Program-made: the position numbers and the translations under genes
Part shown: piece after piece, positions 11,317-22,166 of the stretch
Position numbering within the stretch: position 1 is the first letter of the stretch
How the letters are laid out: each line of letters starts with the position of its first letter
DNA from: a virus
Virus record (IMG/VR): IMGVR_UViG_3300038415_000126
Location: 34,514-98,513 of that record
Direction: 5' to 3' (one strand)
DNA length: 64,000 nucleotides
Notes under the pieces: generated by a model
The model's input: the letters and a program-made list of their open reading frames with translations, nothing else
Told to the model about the DNA's origin: nothing
Databases searched by the model: none

Positions 11317-12030
11317 GACTTCTTCTCCTCAACGGGCCAGATAATGTACGGACCTTGACCCGAGGTCTGAATTACGAACCATCCTGTCTCCGGATGATGA
11401 ACTATCGCTGTTGGAACCCCATCACCAGACTCACTCTCAAAGAGTTGAACAGCTTCTGGTGGCGCCCCGGCATAGTCAGTTACAATGAAGGTCTCAAGCT
11501 CCCCAGCACTTGGTCGCCTCACGACTTCTGGTCATCGCCCACCGTGATCAGGTGAGTGACCTTCCCCGAGGAGTCATAGGGCCCGTCCGCAATCCGGACT
11601 GCTTCAGCCTTGCACTCATGATCATGAGACAAAGCCCGCGCCCAGCCCTCGGCCCCAGCATCATTGCCACGATACGTGTGAACCTCTTGTTTACCTGTAT
11701 ACTTGTCCCTGTATCGAATCTCGTAGCTCATGACTTCTTCTCCAACTTCTTGATCTTCTTCACTACCCGGTCATACCGCCTCTGAAGCTCCAACATGTCG
11801 TCCCAGGCCGCTTGATTTGCTGCCTCGCTCCCGAGGTCGTCCGTTGACTGAAGGGCCGCTACCCCATCGTGAAGCTGATCCCGTAACGTCTGAAGCTCAC
11901 CCAAGTCAGTGGGGAGATCCGTCCCCAGCTCAAGTGCTTCTTGCCCATCCTTCAACCGCCGCTTGTCTACTGCTGATGGCATACTTCATTTGTGTCCGGT
12001 ATGGCTACCAAATTCCCATTATTGTCAACC

Positions 12031-12276
12031 TTAATCAACCTTGCCGGCGTGATCTTGTAGTACTCGTAGCATTGGGTAACGTCTGTCGAGCGGATGTATT
12101 GGTAATCCCTCGTGGTCTCTGAAGTCATCTATCTGGGCGTGACCCCCTACCTCAACCCCGAGTGCAACTCCCGCACCAAGAGCGGCAGCATCACTGGTCG
12201 GCGCTTCGACGAGTATCGTCCGTTGTTCCTTCGAGTTAGTGGGCCCGGTCACTACGAATATCATGGCGACAGCCAT
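12031..12276 (-). CDS. Hypothetical protein, paralog of 11065-11316
   Basis: Same shared motif as 11065-11316. Confidence 0.7.
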   Translation of the reverse strand: MAVAMIFVVTGPTNSKEQRTILVEAPTSDAAALGAGVALGVEVGGHAQIDDFRDHEGLPIHPLDRRYPMLRVLQDHAGKVD

Positions 12277-13244
12277 ACCAGAAAGAGTTGCAATAAGTCA
12301 AGCTGGACAAGGGCCCGAATTGCGTGCTACTCTGATACTCATGCCCAATGTAACACTAGAATTGACCGAAAGTGAGGCTCGAATCGTCGTGAGGGCCCTG
12401 GATATTGCGGTATCTTACATCAACAGTGGAGAGCCGTTCGATGGCATACTTGAGGAGTTTGATCTCACGCCTGAGGAGACCGAAGCCTTTCGAACCAAGA
12501 TGCAAGCCCGAAAGGACGCCTTCGATCGACGACTCAGTGCTATGCCAGGTTATGGTGAGGTTACCAATGAGCCCATCGATTGGCCCCCAACCGACGAGGC
12601 CATCATCGAGTTCGTGTCCGGAGTCATTGAACAGCAACTACCCCAAGGTTGAGTATGCGCGAGGTCAAGGTCTAGTCGGAGGCGAACCTTGACCCCATTA
12701 TCGGGCCAGAGCTCTTCCGGTGTTCCTACTGGGTTGTTCGGTCTTGGAATCTCCAAAGCTCGGGTCCGAACCGCTCACCCAGTTACACCAGAGATAATCC
12801 ACAAACCCATGAAAGGGCCACATGCCCCTGAATCAAGAATCCCTGACCATTGAAGAGATCAACCTGATGCCCATGGAAGCTCTGACACTCAGAGACTTGG
12901 TGAGCATGCAATCCACCAGACTCCCTTACTCGAACTACACATACCTGCAAGCCTCGTCAGGGTTCCCCAAAGAGGAACGTGAACGTGTCTTGACCAAGTT
13001 CGGTAACGAGAACGATGCCCGGTGGTACTGGATCTGGATCCGTCGAGGTCTCGACCCAGATAAAGCCATGCGCAAAGTATGCGCGGACGACATCAATAAC
13101 AAGCAACAGATTCTACGGACCAAGATCCTCATGAAGCGGAACAAGCGCAAGCAACCTAAATTCAAGCCCATCGAGGTATTGCCGGCCCACCCATCCTGTC
13201 ACCAAAGACATCCAATCCACTCCTGTGGCCAAGAATAGGTCCCC

Positions 13245-13529
13245 ATGCCCCCTAAGACCAAACCACCCTGCGAGAGACGGAACCGCACTGTAGCCATCCT
13301 CTTGACCGAGGGAGAGATGAACGATCTCGACCAGTTGGTCGCTGAACAGAATAGGGCCATCAGATCCCTCGGCATATCCAACGTCATCACCAGGGCGAAC
13401 TTCATTCGAAACCTGGTCCACAAGGAGATAGCCACGCTCCACGAACGTCCTCTACCAGAGCCAGAACCTGATCCGGCGCCCTCGGCCCCGAAACTGAGAA
13501 AAGAAGAAGTGATTCAGTTCGAGACCTAG
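13245..13529 (+). CDS. Ribbon-helix-helix-like DNA-binding protein
   Basis: RTVAILLTEGEMNDLDQL...TRANFIRNLV pattern. Confidence 0.6.
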   Translation: MPPKTKPPCERRNRTVAILLTEGEMNDLDQLVAEQNRAIRSLGISNVITRANFIRNLVHKEIATLHERPLPEPEPDPAPSAPKLRKEEVIQFET

Positions 13530-13562
13530 GCCACATACTTCATCTATGCTGTCCTAACTACT

Positions 13563-14249
13563 ATGAGCACTGATCCGATCATCAAGGAGCTGGTCGAACG
13601 CGCCGAGCACATGCCCTCCCAAGGGGAGAACTGGCCAGCCTTCATTGATGCCCTCCGAGAGTCTGACTACGATGTCACGGGCCCTATCTATCAAGGGGGT
13701 CCTGGAAGCCTCACCAGAAGCATCTCAATCGCCCTCGGCCCTAAAAAGGACGAGAAGGTCAGTCTGACTCGGTTATTCCAAGAGTGGGATGATTACTACA
13801 AGCGCGACCAAGCCAAAAGGGTAAGGCAGCGCTACCTCGACTCGACCGTGGAAGTCATCTACCTCGACAAGAATGGTCGACTCAAGAAGCCTGAGCATAT
13901 CCCCAAAGAGGATGCCCACACTCCGTGGAAGCCCGGTTGCCACATCCAAGAGGAGGGGGCCCATGTCGAAGGCCGAGGATGGGACAACGACCAAGGAGCC
14001 ACCTTCGTCCTGAAGACCACCCCGATTGGGACCGAGACGCCTACGGGAACCATTGTGGGTAAGCGCAAGCTGAGTGGGACCGTCCAGTACCTCATCAAGC
14101 CCCGTAGTGGCCCAGCTGAGAAGAAGTACCTCGCGCGCCTCGAACTCGAATCACTCCAAACTCAGCTCAGAATCAACCTGGACTACATGAGCCCTGAGGA
14201 CATCCAGAAGACCCACGAGAGAATCGAAGTGCTCAAGCACAAGGTGTGA
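13563..14249 (+). CDS. Hypothetical protein
   Basis: 228 aa ORF; N-terminus MSTDPII weakly resembles the N-terminal tag. Confidence 0.7.
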   Translation: MSTDPIIKELVERAEHMPSQGENWPAFIDALRESDYDVTGPIYQGGPGSLTRSISIALGPKKDEKVSLTRLFQEWDDYYKRDQAKRVRQRYLDSTVEVIYLDKNGRLKKPEHIPKEDAHTPWKPGCHIQEEGAHVEGRGWDNDQGATFVLKTTPIGTETPTGTIVGKRKLSGTVQYLIKPRSGPAEKKYLARLELESLQTQLRINLDYMSPEDIQKTHERIEVLKHKV

Positions 14250-14548
14250 GGTAGCTAGTATGAACAGCGAGAGGCCCGCTTCGCTTGCTTCTCGCCTCTT
14301 TCCTTGAGCAGTTTTGCTAGATAGGACGTGCAATCTTTGCCGTAACTCGGTTTGCTCTTGCTCTTTTGGAACCCCTGGACGCTCTGAAACTCCCTCATGA
14401 ACTCATCAGGTTGAGCAATATAGCGACGCATCCACTCATTGAAGGCCCATTGCAGGTCACGAACGGTAAATATTGCGTCGGATACTGGGGTTGTTTTGAT
14501 CCTGGGTACCTTCGGCGCAGCTGTCCTTTTCACGGTCATGGCTACCAC

Positions 14549-15082
14549 CTACACCGATGGAGAGGACGTGTCGAGGGGTAATCGATCAGCCTCCGTCAGC
14601 GCCGTCCCCTGAATCACTTCGGATAGATCAAGCCCGTCACTCGCCTTCAAGGCATCCTTGTACAACGTGAACATATCCTGAATTATTGACCTGATCTCGA
14701 AGAAAGGCCCGGAAAACTGCTCTTCTTCAGGCATAACACTGATGAGGTTTTCATGATCAATGATAAGATCCTTGATCCCCTCAAGTACCCCACCCCACGA
14801 CCAATCAAGGCTCTCAGTGTGGGTATCGACTAGCTTCCGATAGTAGTTGTACCGAGCCAAACTCGGCCGAACCATACTCTGAATTAGCTTCTCCCGCCCC
14901 TGCTTAGTGAACAAGTAGTCAGAGTAAATCTTCCTCTTGACTTTATCCCAATGATCAGATGACCCAGGTTGCTTTTGCTTAGCTATAGTCAGCTCGATGT
15001 ACCACCAAATTCTATCCTCATTGGATATATTGCGAGGTTCGACAGGGCTCTCTACGGCTGATAGGGCGCTCTCAGTTGACAT
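14549..15082 (-). CDS. Hypothetical protein, family A
   Basis: KRKIYSDYLFTKQGREKLIQSMVRP; GGTGTA motif 9 nt upstream. Confidence 0.75.
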   Translation of the reverse strand: MSTESALSAVESPVEPRNISNEDRIWWYIELTIAKQKQPGSSDHWDKVKRKIYSDYLFTKQGREKLIQSMVRPSLARYNYYRKLVDTHTESLDWSWGGVLEGIKDLIIDHENLISVMPEEEQFSGPFFEIRSIIQDMFTLYKDALKASDGLDLSEVIQGTALTEADRLPLDTSSPSV

Positions 15083-15090
15083 AAAGCAAG

Positions 15091-15624
15091 CTACACCGGA
15101 GGTCCATCTTCGTCACTTGTCTGGGTCACCAGAAGCGGGGTCCCAACCCCAGGGATCTCCTCGTAAGGATCAAGCCCAGAAACCACTTCAATCACTTCCT
15201 CCAACAACGCGATTAGCCGTACCAAACCCGCCCGTACCTCGCATACAGCTGGAATGAACCGCTCACCGTCAGGGTAGATGCTGATGAAGTTCTCGTACTC
15301 GACAATCGCTTCTTGAAGGCCCTTCAACACCCGGTTCCAAGTCCAGTCTATCGGCTGAGCCCGGGTATCTAGGATCTCCCGGTAGTACTTGTACCGTACC
15401 TGTACCGGCTGAATCATCGACTGCGCGAACTTGTTCCGCCCATCTCGATTGAACAAGTACGCTGAGTAGATCTCGCGCTTCTGATCCGCTGTGATGTGCG
15501 ACGGCCCACCCTGCGAGATGACCCAGTTGATATACCACTTGATCCGAGCCCGTATGCCCGAGTCGTTGCAGTCGTCTTCTAGGGCCTCTATCTGCTTAAG
15601 ATATCACTCGACAATGAGAGGCAT
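15091..15624 (-). pseudogene. Family A paralog interrupted by in-frame TGA at codon 7
   Basis: MPLIVE*YLKQ aligns with MAVDLEWYLDK of 3696-4289; TGA at 15604-15606 replaces TGG. Confidence 0.7.
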
Positions 15625-16788
15625 GGTCAACCTTATTCGAGTACAGTGGCGATGTCCCTGAGCAGCTCCTCACCCTTGGCCGTCAGCCACGAGCACCGGA
15701 TAGTCGCCCCATGCTCGATGTAGTCTTGGTTGGTCGCCCACGACAGGAAGAACATCACCGGCAGGTCGTCATGGTTGGTAGTAGCCCACGTGGACTGCCC
15801 AACATGGAGCCGAAACATCTCGACGATGTACCGAAGGATTGCATCCGAGTCCCCGCAGTCACATAGAGGTAAGACACCTTGCTTGAGGTAGGCAGCTCGG
15901 GTCGCCCAAGCTACTCCATTTTCATCGTAGAACCCGTCATCACGGTCATAGACCAGCTTCTCAAGCATGACTGCCCTCTTCATCCCATGGCGCATAGTCA
16001 GACATCAGGACCGTCACCCCATGGGCGCCACACTCAATCGACACAGACCAAGCCCCCTCCACGTCCCCAAGCGTTATCTCCGTGGCCCTTGGATACGCCA
16101 CGTAGACCCGCCCTTCCCACCCAATAGCCACATAGTGATACCTCAGGCATTGATGCTCACAGGAACGATTAGGCGCCCGGATCTCGAACCGATGAGTCCC
16201 ACACTCCTCTTCAATAGGGAGTTCAGGCATCCGTTGGTTCATCTCCTCAAGATCTCTGAACCCATCAAACCGGCCCGAGAATACCCCACACTCAGGATGC
16301 CCCTCGCCCGTGAAACTATCCCCACAATCCAGCTCCACGACAAGCCGACGAGGGTACTGAACCGGGTCAATGACGAACCTGCCCGCAAGTTGAATCAGCA
16401 TTTACTTGATCCGTCCTATTACACCCCGACCACCAACCGTCGTGTGAGTCACCGTCTGGTCCCGGGCTATCTCCGGCGGCTGTGGCTCATCACAGAAAGG
16501 TGACGTCGCAAACGGATACTCCGGGACCGGGTCGTGAGTCGGCTGGGAGAGCTCCTCGGTGTCTTTCTCGTTGTCCATGGTCCAACTTACACCGAGGACC
16601 AGCCGTCTATCGGCTCCGTCACATACCGAACTACCTGATACACCCTCATCCGATACCCGCACTTGAGACACACCCAGGAACCCTTGAGGATAACCTCCTC
16701 CTCAGGTCTATTGGTCGGGTTCTTCCCACATTGTGGACACTTCGGATGCAAAGTGTTTGAGCAGCTCTGACGTGTATGCACTTGGAAC

Positions 16789-17352
16789 CTAGAACCGTGT
16801 CAATTGGAACTCACTCGGCGCCTGGTCCCGAGTCAGGTTCTCCTCACCCTCCGCCACGATGACAAACGTTTGCTGAGGTATCAAACGAGACGTGTGAACC
16901 GTCGCCCCCCAAATCTTGCCCTGTATCCCTTGTACCAAGGCTGAACTATCAGCTTCATGCTCGAAGATGTCATGACACAACTTGCGGAGATCCGCGCAAT
17001 TGTAGGCGTTCACCCAAATGTCGGTTACCTTCTTGTCCATCCTGTTCTTATTGACGAACGCAATCGAGAGGATATCCCGTGTTAAACAGGACGGTCGTTG
17101 AACCGCAAGCTCCACCTGTTCAACTGCCTCCAGCAATAGGTCGAAAGCCTTGTCACGAGCCGGATTGGCATGAACTTCTTGAGCTACTTCATTGGCCAAA
17201 GCCAGAAACTTACCCCTGATCCTATTGATGACTACAACCTGCTCATCCGTCAGAGCATTCTTCGGACCCAAGTAATGCGACATCTCTAAGTACGGCATAC
17301 AAACCCTTTCCAAACCACCTACACCGGGGATCAGAACCGTGTGGATACCCAT
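16789..17352 (-). CDS. Putative Acb2/Tad1-like hairpin fused to a major-capsid-like fragment
   Basis: N-half LTDEQ...IRGKFLALANEV...ARDKAFDLLLEAV; C-half VNAYNCADLRK...GIQGKIWGATVHTSRLIP; motif recognition only. Confidence 0.5.
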   Translation of the reverse strand: MGIHTVLIPGVGGLERVCMPYLEMSHYLGPKNALTDEQVVVINRIRGKFLALANEVAQEVHANPARDKAFDLLLEAVEQVELAVQRPSCLTRDILSIAFVNKNRMDKKVTDIWVNAYNCADLRKLCHDIFEHEADSSALVQGIQGKIWGATVHTSRLIPQQTFVIVAEGEENLTRDQAPSEFQLTRF

Positions 17353-17645
17353 GACCCACGATCCTCATCCGGGATCTCGATGTCACTCAAAAAAGTGCTT
17401 TCAGCGTCGGTGAAGAGGTTCTGTCCAGGAACCCCATACAACTGGTTGTATATCTCGGTGGCATGATCAAAGATCTTCCGCTCCTCAAGTGTCACCCCTT
17501 CTGAAGGTGTCTTTTTCTCCTTGGGCATCATCGCGAATAGCTGGTCAAAACAGGAGTACCACTCCAGAATCAACTTCGCTCGCTCTCGACCTAGTATTCT
17601 CGACCCCTGAGCTTGATTGTCCATACCACAAGTACACCGATGGGG

Positions 17646-18065
17646 TTAGATCACCGGATCCCGGTTGTATCTCGAAATCCGTACCCCAATATATCGTTCA
17701 GGCTCCGTAACTTGAACCGGCTCAACAGTATCCCCTGAATACCGAATAGTCACAACTGGCTCAAGCCGACTGGTTAGGTTTTCATACCAACCCGTAGCCT
17801 CTGGAAATGTGACTTCAACAGAACAAGGCCCAAACCCACTCTCCATCGTGAACCCAAATCGATTGAACCCCGTGAGTCGAGTCCCACCTATCCAAACTCG
17901 ACCCACAGATCTTGGACTCCCGTCACTATAGCCATACTCACCCTCAAGTACCTGCATCACAACAACTAAGTCGTTCGGCCCCAACTCGTGATAACCCCCA
18001 CGTAAGCCCCCACGCCCCTTGACCACAAACACTACGTCACTGTCATCCACTTCAATGGTAGGCAT
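17646..18065 (-). CDS. Hypothetical protein with C-terminal tag VRISRYNRDPVI
   Basis: ORF end. Confidence 0.75.
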   Translation of the reverse strand: MPTIEVDDSDVVFVVKGRGGLRGGYHELGPNDLVVVMQVLEGEYGYSDGSPRSVGRVWIGGTRLTGFNRFGFTMESGFGPCSVEVTFPEATGWYENLTSRLEPVVTIRYSGDTVEPVQVTEPERYIGVRISRYNRDPVI

Positions 18066-18066
18066 G

Positions 18067-18390
18067 TCAGATCACCGGCGACCTATCGTATCGACTCACT
18101 CAATGGATTGATGGGACTACCTCAGGGCTTGAACCCGTAACCGAGTACCCGAGCTGACTCACTAACCCACTAGGCCATTGAAGGGTAACTGTCCAAAGCT
18201 CAAGGTTACCGCGACCATAAACAACCTGAGTCGCTGCCACCATCATAGCTTGAAGATCTGACATACCAGGGTCAAGAGCAGAAAGTATCGAGTTCCACAG
18301 GTCCTCTGTCTCTTGGACATCGAGACCAGTAATTCTAGTCACCCGTACAGGGTTACCACCTTCACTAGCTTTTAGTGTTACTTCAATCAT
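18067..18390 (-). CDS. Hypothetical protein whose tag VSRYDRSPVI lies beyond an in-frame TGA
   Basis: ...PSIH*VSRYDRSPVI*; TGA at 18100-18102 sits where the tag has Arg (CGA). Confidence 0.65.
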
Positions 18391-18659
18391 ATTACCGGCT
18401 CCCGGTTGTACCGTGATACACGAATCATCGGCGTCCAGTCCAAACAATCGTCATGCGTGTTCGCCCGATACAACCGAATTACCGGGACCTTATTGGGATC
18501 CCCTGGCTTCTTCCACTCCCAGAGGATACCAACCGAATGCCCACGAAGGCAAGTCCCCTCCCACCCAAAGTCAGGGGACCGCTCTACCTCATCTCCAGTA
18601 GCCCCTCGACTCGGATACGTGGTCGGACACCACCGACAACCATCACAGGGGCGTGGCAT
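18387..18659 (-). CDS. Four-Cys family B protein with tag IRVSRYNREPVI
   Basis: CDGC...WEGTCLRG...C; paralog of 20448, 20760, 53224, 53451. Confidence 0.75.
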   Translation of the reverse strand: MPRPCDGCRWCPTTYPSRGATGDEVERSPDFGWEGTCLRGHSVGILWEWKKPGDPNKVPVIRLYRANTHDDCLDWTPMIRVSRYNREPVI

Positions 18660-19116
18660 CCGGGTCCGGCTCCCGTGTCCCCAACGACCAAAGCGACACT
18701 ATTCCCTCCAAGTACCACTCAACTTGATCCGCTGAGGCATCAATGATACCCAACCCACCCCTTCGAAACGGGCTTATAGTGATGTGAGCACAATACGAGG
18801 ACACCTTCCCGCAGATCTCACGAAAACTCTCCTCAAACTGACTATCGACCGAGTCAATAGTCAGTACCGTCACATGAGTCGAGCGCTCACCAATGAACAA
18901 CACATTGTGCAGTAGAAGACGCACATAGAGCTGCTCAGCTACCCAAAGGATCCGCTGATCATGGTCTTCATCCCAGATAACAGCGAAGTCGTGAAACTTC
19001 ATCCGCGGAACCCAAACCAACGCCCGTAGAACAGAGTAATGCGCCCCCTTGCCAAAATGGTCCGCCGGAGAGGGTTCATCGTACACGGTACTAAAAAACT
19101 CAGAGTATCTGTTCAT
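18643..19116 (-). CDS. Hypothetical protein
   Basis: 157 aa ORF in an operon. Confidence 0.7.
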   Translation of the reverse strand: MNRYSEFFSTVYDEPSPADHFGKGAHYSVLRALVWVPRMKFHDFAVIWDEDHDQRILWVAEQLYVRLLLHNVLFIGERSTHVTVLTIDSVDSQFEESFREICGKVSSYCAHITISPFRRGGLGIIDASADQVEWYLEGIVSLWSLGTREPDPDATPL

Positions 19117-19674
19117 GTAGGTGAGGATCCGATATAACTAGGCGAAATCAGGCCTGTATCAGAGCCTCATACGCTACTTGCTCGAATAATGCAACACGGG
19201 CTCCCCGAGAGTCGATTAGGGATACCCCTGCCTTGAAACCCAGACGGTCTAGCTCCTGAACCAAGGACCAGGATGGGCCCACCACCTTGGAGAGCGCTTC
19301 CACTACCGACTCCGCTCGAACCCCATCAACCGTGTCCCCAGGCTCCCCTACGCCCGCCCCAGGTAGACTAGGAGCCAAGTCCCACCACCATAGAGGGTCC
19401 CAGTCGTCGATGTGAGCATGGTCCTCAAACGAGGTCGTGATCATCCACGCATTCTTCGTCTCAACCTGCCCCTGCCCAACCCGATAGTTCACCCCTCCAG
19501 TAGGCCTGAGAATCAGTATGTTCGCTCGCTTGTTGATGTGATACCGAGGATCTTCGTTATGCCACATGAGGAGGGACTACACCGTGGATCGATTCTATGA
19601 CCCAATCCCCCCATGGTGGAATAGATACAATCGGCCAGAACGTTAGTGTCAGTTTAGTGTATACTTTTGAAGCC

Positions 19675-20445
19675 ATGCCAGAGGGTACCTTAGAGCAAGT
19701 CATTAGAAGAGTCAGAAGTCTCTACGACTTGGCTGATAACACGACCGAGCATGAGGCTTCCACTGCTATCGGGGCTGCCGAACGACTCATGCAGAAGTAT
19801 AGATTGACCCAGGTCGATCTCCTCCAGACCTACACTGTGGCGACCGAGATACCCTCTGAATGTGAATACCCAATTGAGTTTGCAGGTAGAATCCACCGCT
19901 GGAAGGGTCTGCTCATCCTGGACCTCGCCAAACAATACGGGTGCTCAATCTACTACCATACCCGCCGCCCGAAGGTAGGACCTAAACGAATTGAGGTTAG
20001 AGTAGTTGGCCTACCCTCTGATGTAGCCATGCTCAGGATACAGTACGACAGCATCAAACAACAGGTCAACAATCTCACTCGAATTAACACTAGAGGCCAG
20101 GGGATAAGAAACGCAGACAGTTACCGAAAAGGCCTCACAGACTCGATTCGCAGGGAACTGAAGGAACTAACTAATCAACTCAAACAAGAGTCATCGACTA
20201 CCGCCATAGTGTTGCTTGATAGCAGGCTTCCTAAAGCCAAGAAAGCCAGGGATGAGTTACACCCAGATCTGACCGATAGATGTACCTCGTTTTCAGAACC
20301 AGCTTCAAATGCCTACATCCAGGGTTGGACTGACGGTGACAAGATCCACCTCGGTCGTGAACTTCCAGATCAATCTAAACCTGGTGAACCAGTAGGGTAC
20401 CTTAGCTCCGATAGCCACTCTATGACTGAACCGCCTTCGGAGTAA
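19675..20445 (+). CDS. DUF2786-family protein
   Basis: IRRVRSLYDLA...EHEASTA...AERLMQKY at N-terminus; SYRKG and AY..G..DG at C-terminus. Confidence 0.8.
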   Translation: MPEGTLEQVIRRVRSLYDLADNTTEHEASTAIGAAERLMQKYRLTQVDLLQTYTVATEIPSECEYPIEFAGRIHRWKGLLILDLAKQYGCSIYYHTRRPKVGPKRIEVRVVGLPSDVAMLRIQYDSIKQQVNNLTRINTRGQGIRNADSYRKGLTDSIRRELKELTNQLKQESSTTAIVLLDSRLPKAKKARDELHPDLTDRCTSFSEPASNAYIQGWTDGDKIHLGRELPDQSKPGEPVGYLSSDSHSMTEPPSE

Positions 20446-20447
20446 CG

Positions 20448-20756
20448 TCAGATCACCGGCTTGCGAGCATACCTTGAAACCCGTGGCCCAAGGTATGGCT
20501 CCTCCCAGTCAGAACATATCATGGCTGGAGATCGATACAAGTGAATGGCCCTTTGATGGTCTATACCCCCAGTCTCATCAAGGTCAAAGCTCCAGGACAC
20601 CAACACCTCGTACCCACGAGCACAAGTCCCCCTCCAAGTATAAATCGAATCCGGCTCCCGACCTATCGCATCCACCCCAACAACACCCCTCCCAGGATAC
20701 ATCGAAGGACTGAATCGACACTTGTCACACGGTGCTGGCATCGGATCAGTTGGCAT
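20448..20756 (-). CDS. Four-Cys family B protein with tag PRVSRYARKPVI
   Basis: CDKC...WRGTCARG...C. Confidence 0.8.
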   Translation of the reverse strand: MPTDPMPAPCDKCRFSPSMYPGRGVVGVDAIGREPDSIYTWRGTCARGYEVLVSWSFDLDETGGIDHQRAIHLYRSPAMICSDWEEPYLGPRVSRYARKPVI

Positions 20757-20759
20757 AGA

Positions 20760-21065
20760 TCAAATCACAGGCTCCCTTGAGTAACGACTAACCCTCGGCC
20801 CGTCATATGGCTCTTCCCGGTCACCACACTCAGTCCAAAACGGTAACCGAAACATGTAAATGACCCGCTCATGATCCTCATTCCAAACCCATGTTATCGA
20901 CACCGAATGACCCCTACTACATGAATTTTCCCAGTCAAAGCCCCCATCTGACACCTGATCAACTCGCTCACCAAGATAGCCCTTCCCAGGATAGGTAGCA
21001 GGACTGTACCGACACCCGTCACAAGGTTGCAGCATGGATGAGTTGCTCATGAAAAACTTTGACAC
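20760..21065 (-). CDS. Four-Cys family B protein with tag PRVSRYSREPVI
   Basis: CDGC...WENSCSRG...C. Confidence 0.8.
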   Translation of the reverse strand: MSKFFMSNSSMLQPCDGCRYSPATYPGKGYLGERVDQVSDGGFDWENSCSRGHSVSITWVWNEDHERVIYMFRLPFWTECGDREEPYDGPRVSRYSREPVI

Positions 21066-21068
21066 CGG

Positions 21069-21641
21069 TCAATCCTCGGCCTCAAACTCCATCCCGTCCA
21101 GCCATGACATATCGTCAGAGCCCGTAGACGAAGTATCAACCTCAGCTGAAGACTCAACCAGCCTGCTCAAAGCCTCCGTCACCAAAGAATCCCAGGTGAG
21201 ATTCGTTCCCTCCATCACAGATAGAATCACTGACCTGTTGCACTTCAACCACAGGTCACTTGGTATGGAAGCGCATACCTTCCTTGGTGGCTCAGTTGGT
21301 GTGGCTCGCTCCCGTACTGTAACCCGAATGACCTCAGGGACAAGTTGACCAATCTCACTTGGAACACCAAGCCCATTGACCGGTAACTCGTCAGGGACAA
21401 CACATCCAGCTGCTATCCAATACCGTACAGGTTCAGCGCTGAACCACTCGCCTCGGAACCGGTGTTCGTGGAAGAGCATGTGGAGGGTTCTTTCAAGGTT
21501 GGGTCCACCAGGGATGAAGGTCAACAGCTTGAGCTGATAGGGAAAGCACCCTTGTAGGTCAGACACCCTCCGGGCTACGTCTGTCGTCACCCCTATCTTG
21601 ATGATGCCTGCCCCAATAGCTTACACGAAGTACACATACAT
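21069..21641 (-). pseudogene. T5orf172/GIY-YIG domain plus RHH-like C-terminus, in-frame TAA at codon 7
   Basis: MYVYFV*AIGAGIIKIGVT...ERTLH..F...RFRGEWF; paralog 32315 has YFVQA, so CAA>TAA at 21621-21623. Confidence 0.75.
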
Positions 21642-21652
21642 GGGCCTGTCAG

Positions 21653-22003
21653 TCATCGCCCGTCCTCCTCAAAACTGTCTGCCCTAGCCAATAGGTCTGC
21701 CCACTCGTCGCTACCAACCTCCAAAGGCTTGGGTGAAGATCCACCCTCAACTGCCCCTACCAGGATGAGACCTGCCTCGTCGTCACTACTCTCAGAGTGT
21801 TGATCTGGCTCCTGAGAACCAGTCAGTGAGGGTGATACCTCTTGGCCCTTGAGCTTGGCAGCTACTAGAAGCCGTATCCACTCCGATATAGTTCTTTCTT
21901 CTGCACGGGCGCGGAGCGCCATTGCTTGATAAAGGCTCTCCGTGAACCTGACTTTTGCTACCCTAGAGCGTATTTCAGCCACTTCATCGGTAGTATACAC
22001 CAA
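21653..22003 (-). CDS. Ribbon-helix-helix protein with acidic tail
   Basis: VAKVRFTESLYQAMALRARAEERTISEWIRLLV. Confidence 0.7.
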   Translation of the reverse strand: MVYTTDEVAEIRSRVAKVRFTESLYQAMALRARAEERTISEWIRLLVAAKLKGQEVSPSLTGSQEPDQHSESSDDEAGLILVGAVEGGSSPKPLEVGSDEWADLLARADSFEEDGR

Positions 22004-22022
22004 GAGGCCCTCTAGGGTGACA

Positions 22023-22166
22023 ATGTAGTTTTTCGTGGTCCCCCTACATGTAGTTTTTCGTGGTCCCCCTACATGTAGTTTTTCGTGGTCCCCCTACATG
22101 TAGTTTTTCGTGGTCCCCCTACATGTAGTTTTTCGTGGTCCCCCTACATGTAGTTTTTCGTGGTCC
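22023..22166. repeat. Tandem 25-bp repeat ATGTAGTTTTTCGTGGTCCCCCTAC, 5 full copies plus 1 partial
   Basis: Units start at 22023, 22048, 22073, 22098, 22123, 22148; no spacers. Confidence 0.97.

Noticed and set aside
16789-17352. Functional major capsid gene
   Set aside because: Too short, only a fragment resembles capsid, and no structural operon surrounds it
22023-22166. CRISPR array
   Set aside because: Units are head-to-tail with no spacers, and no cas genes are in the window
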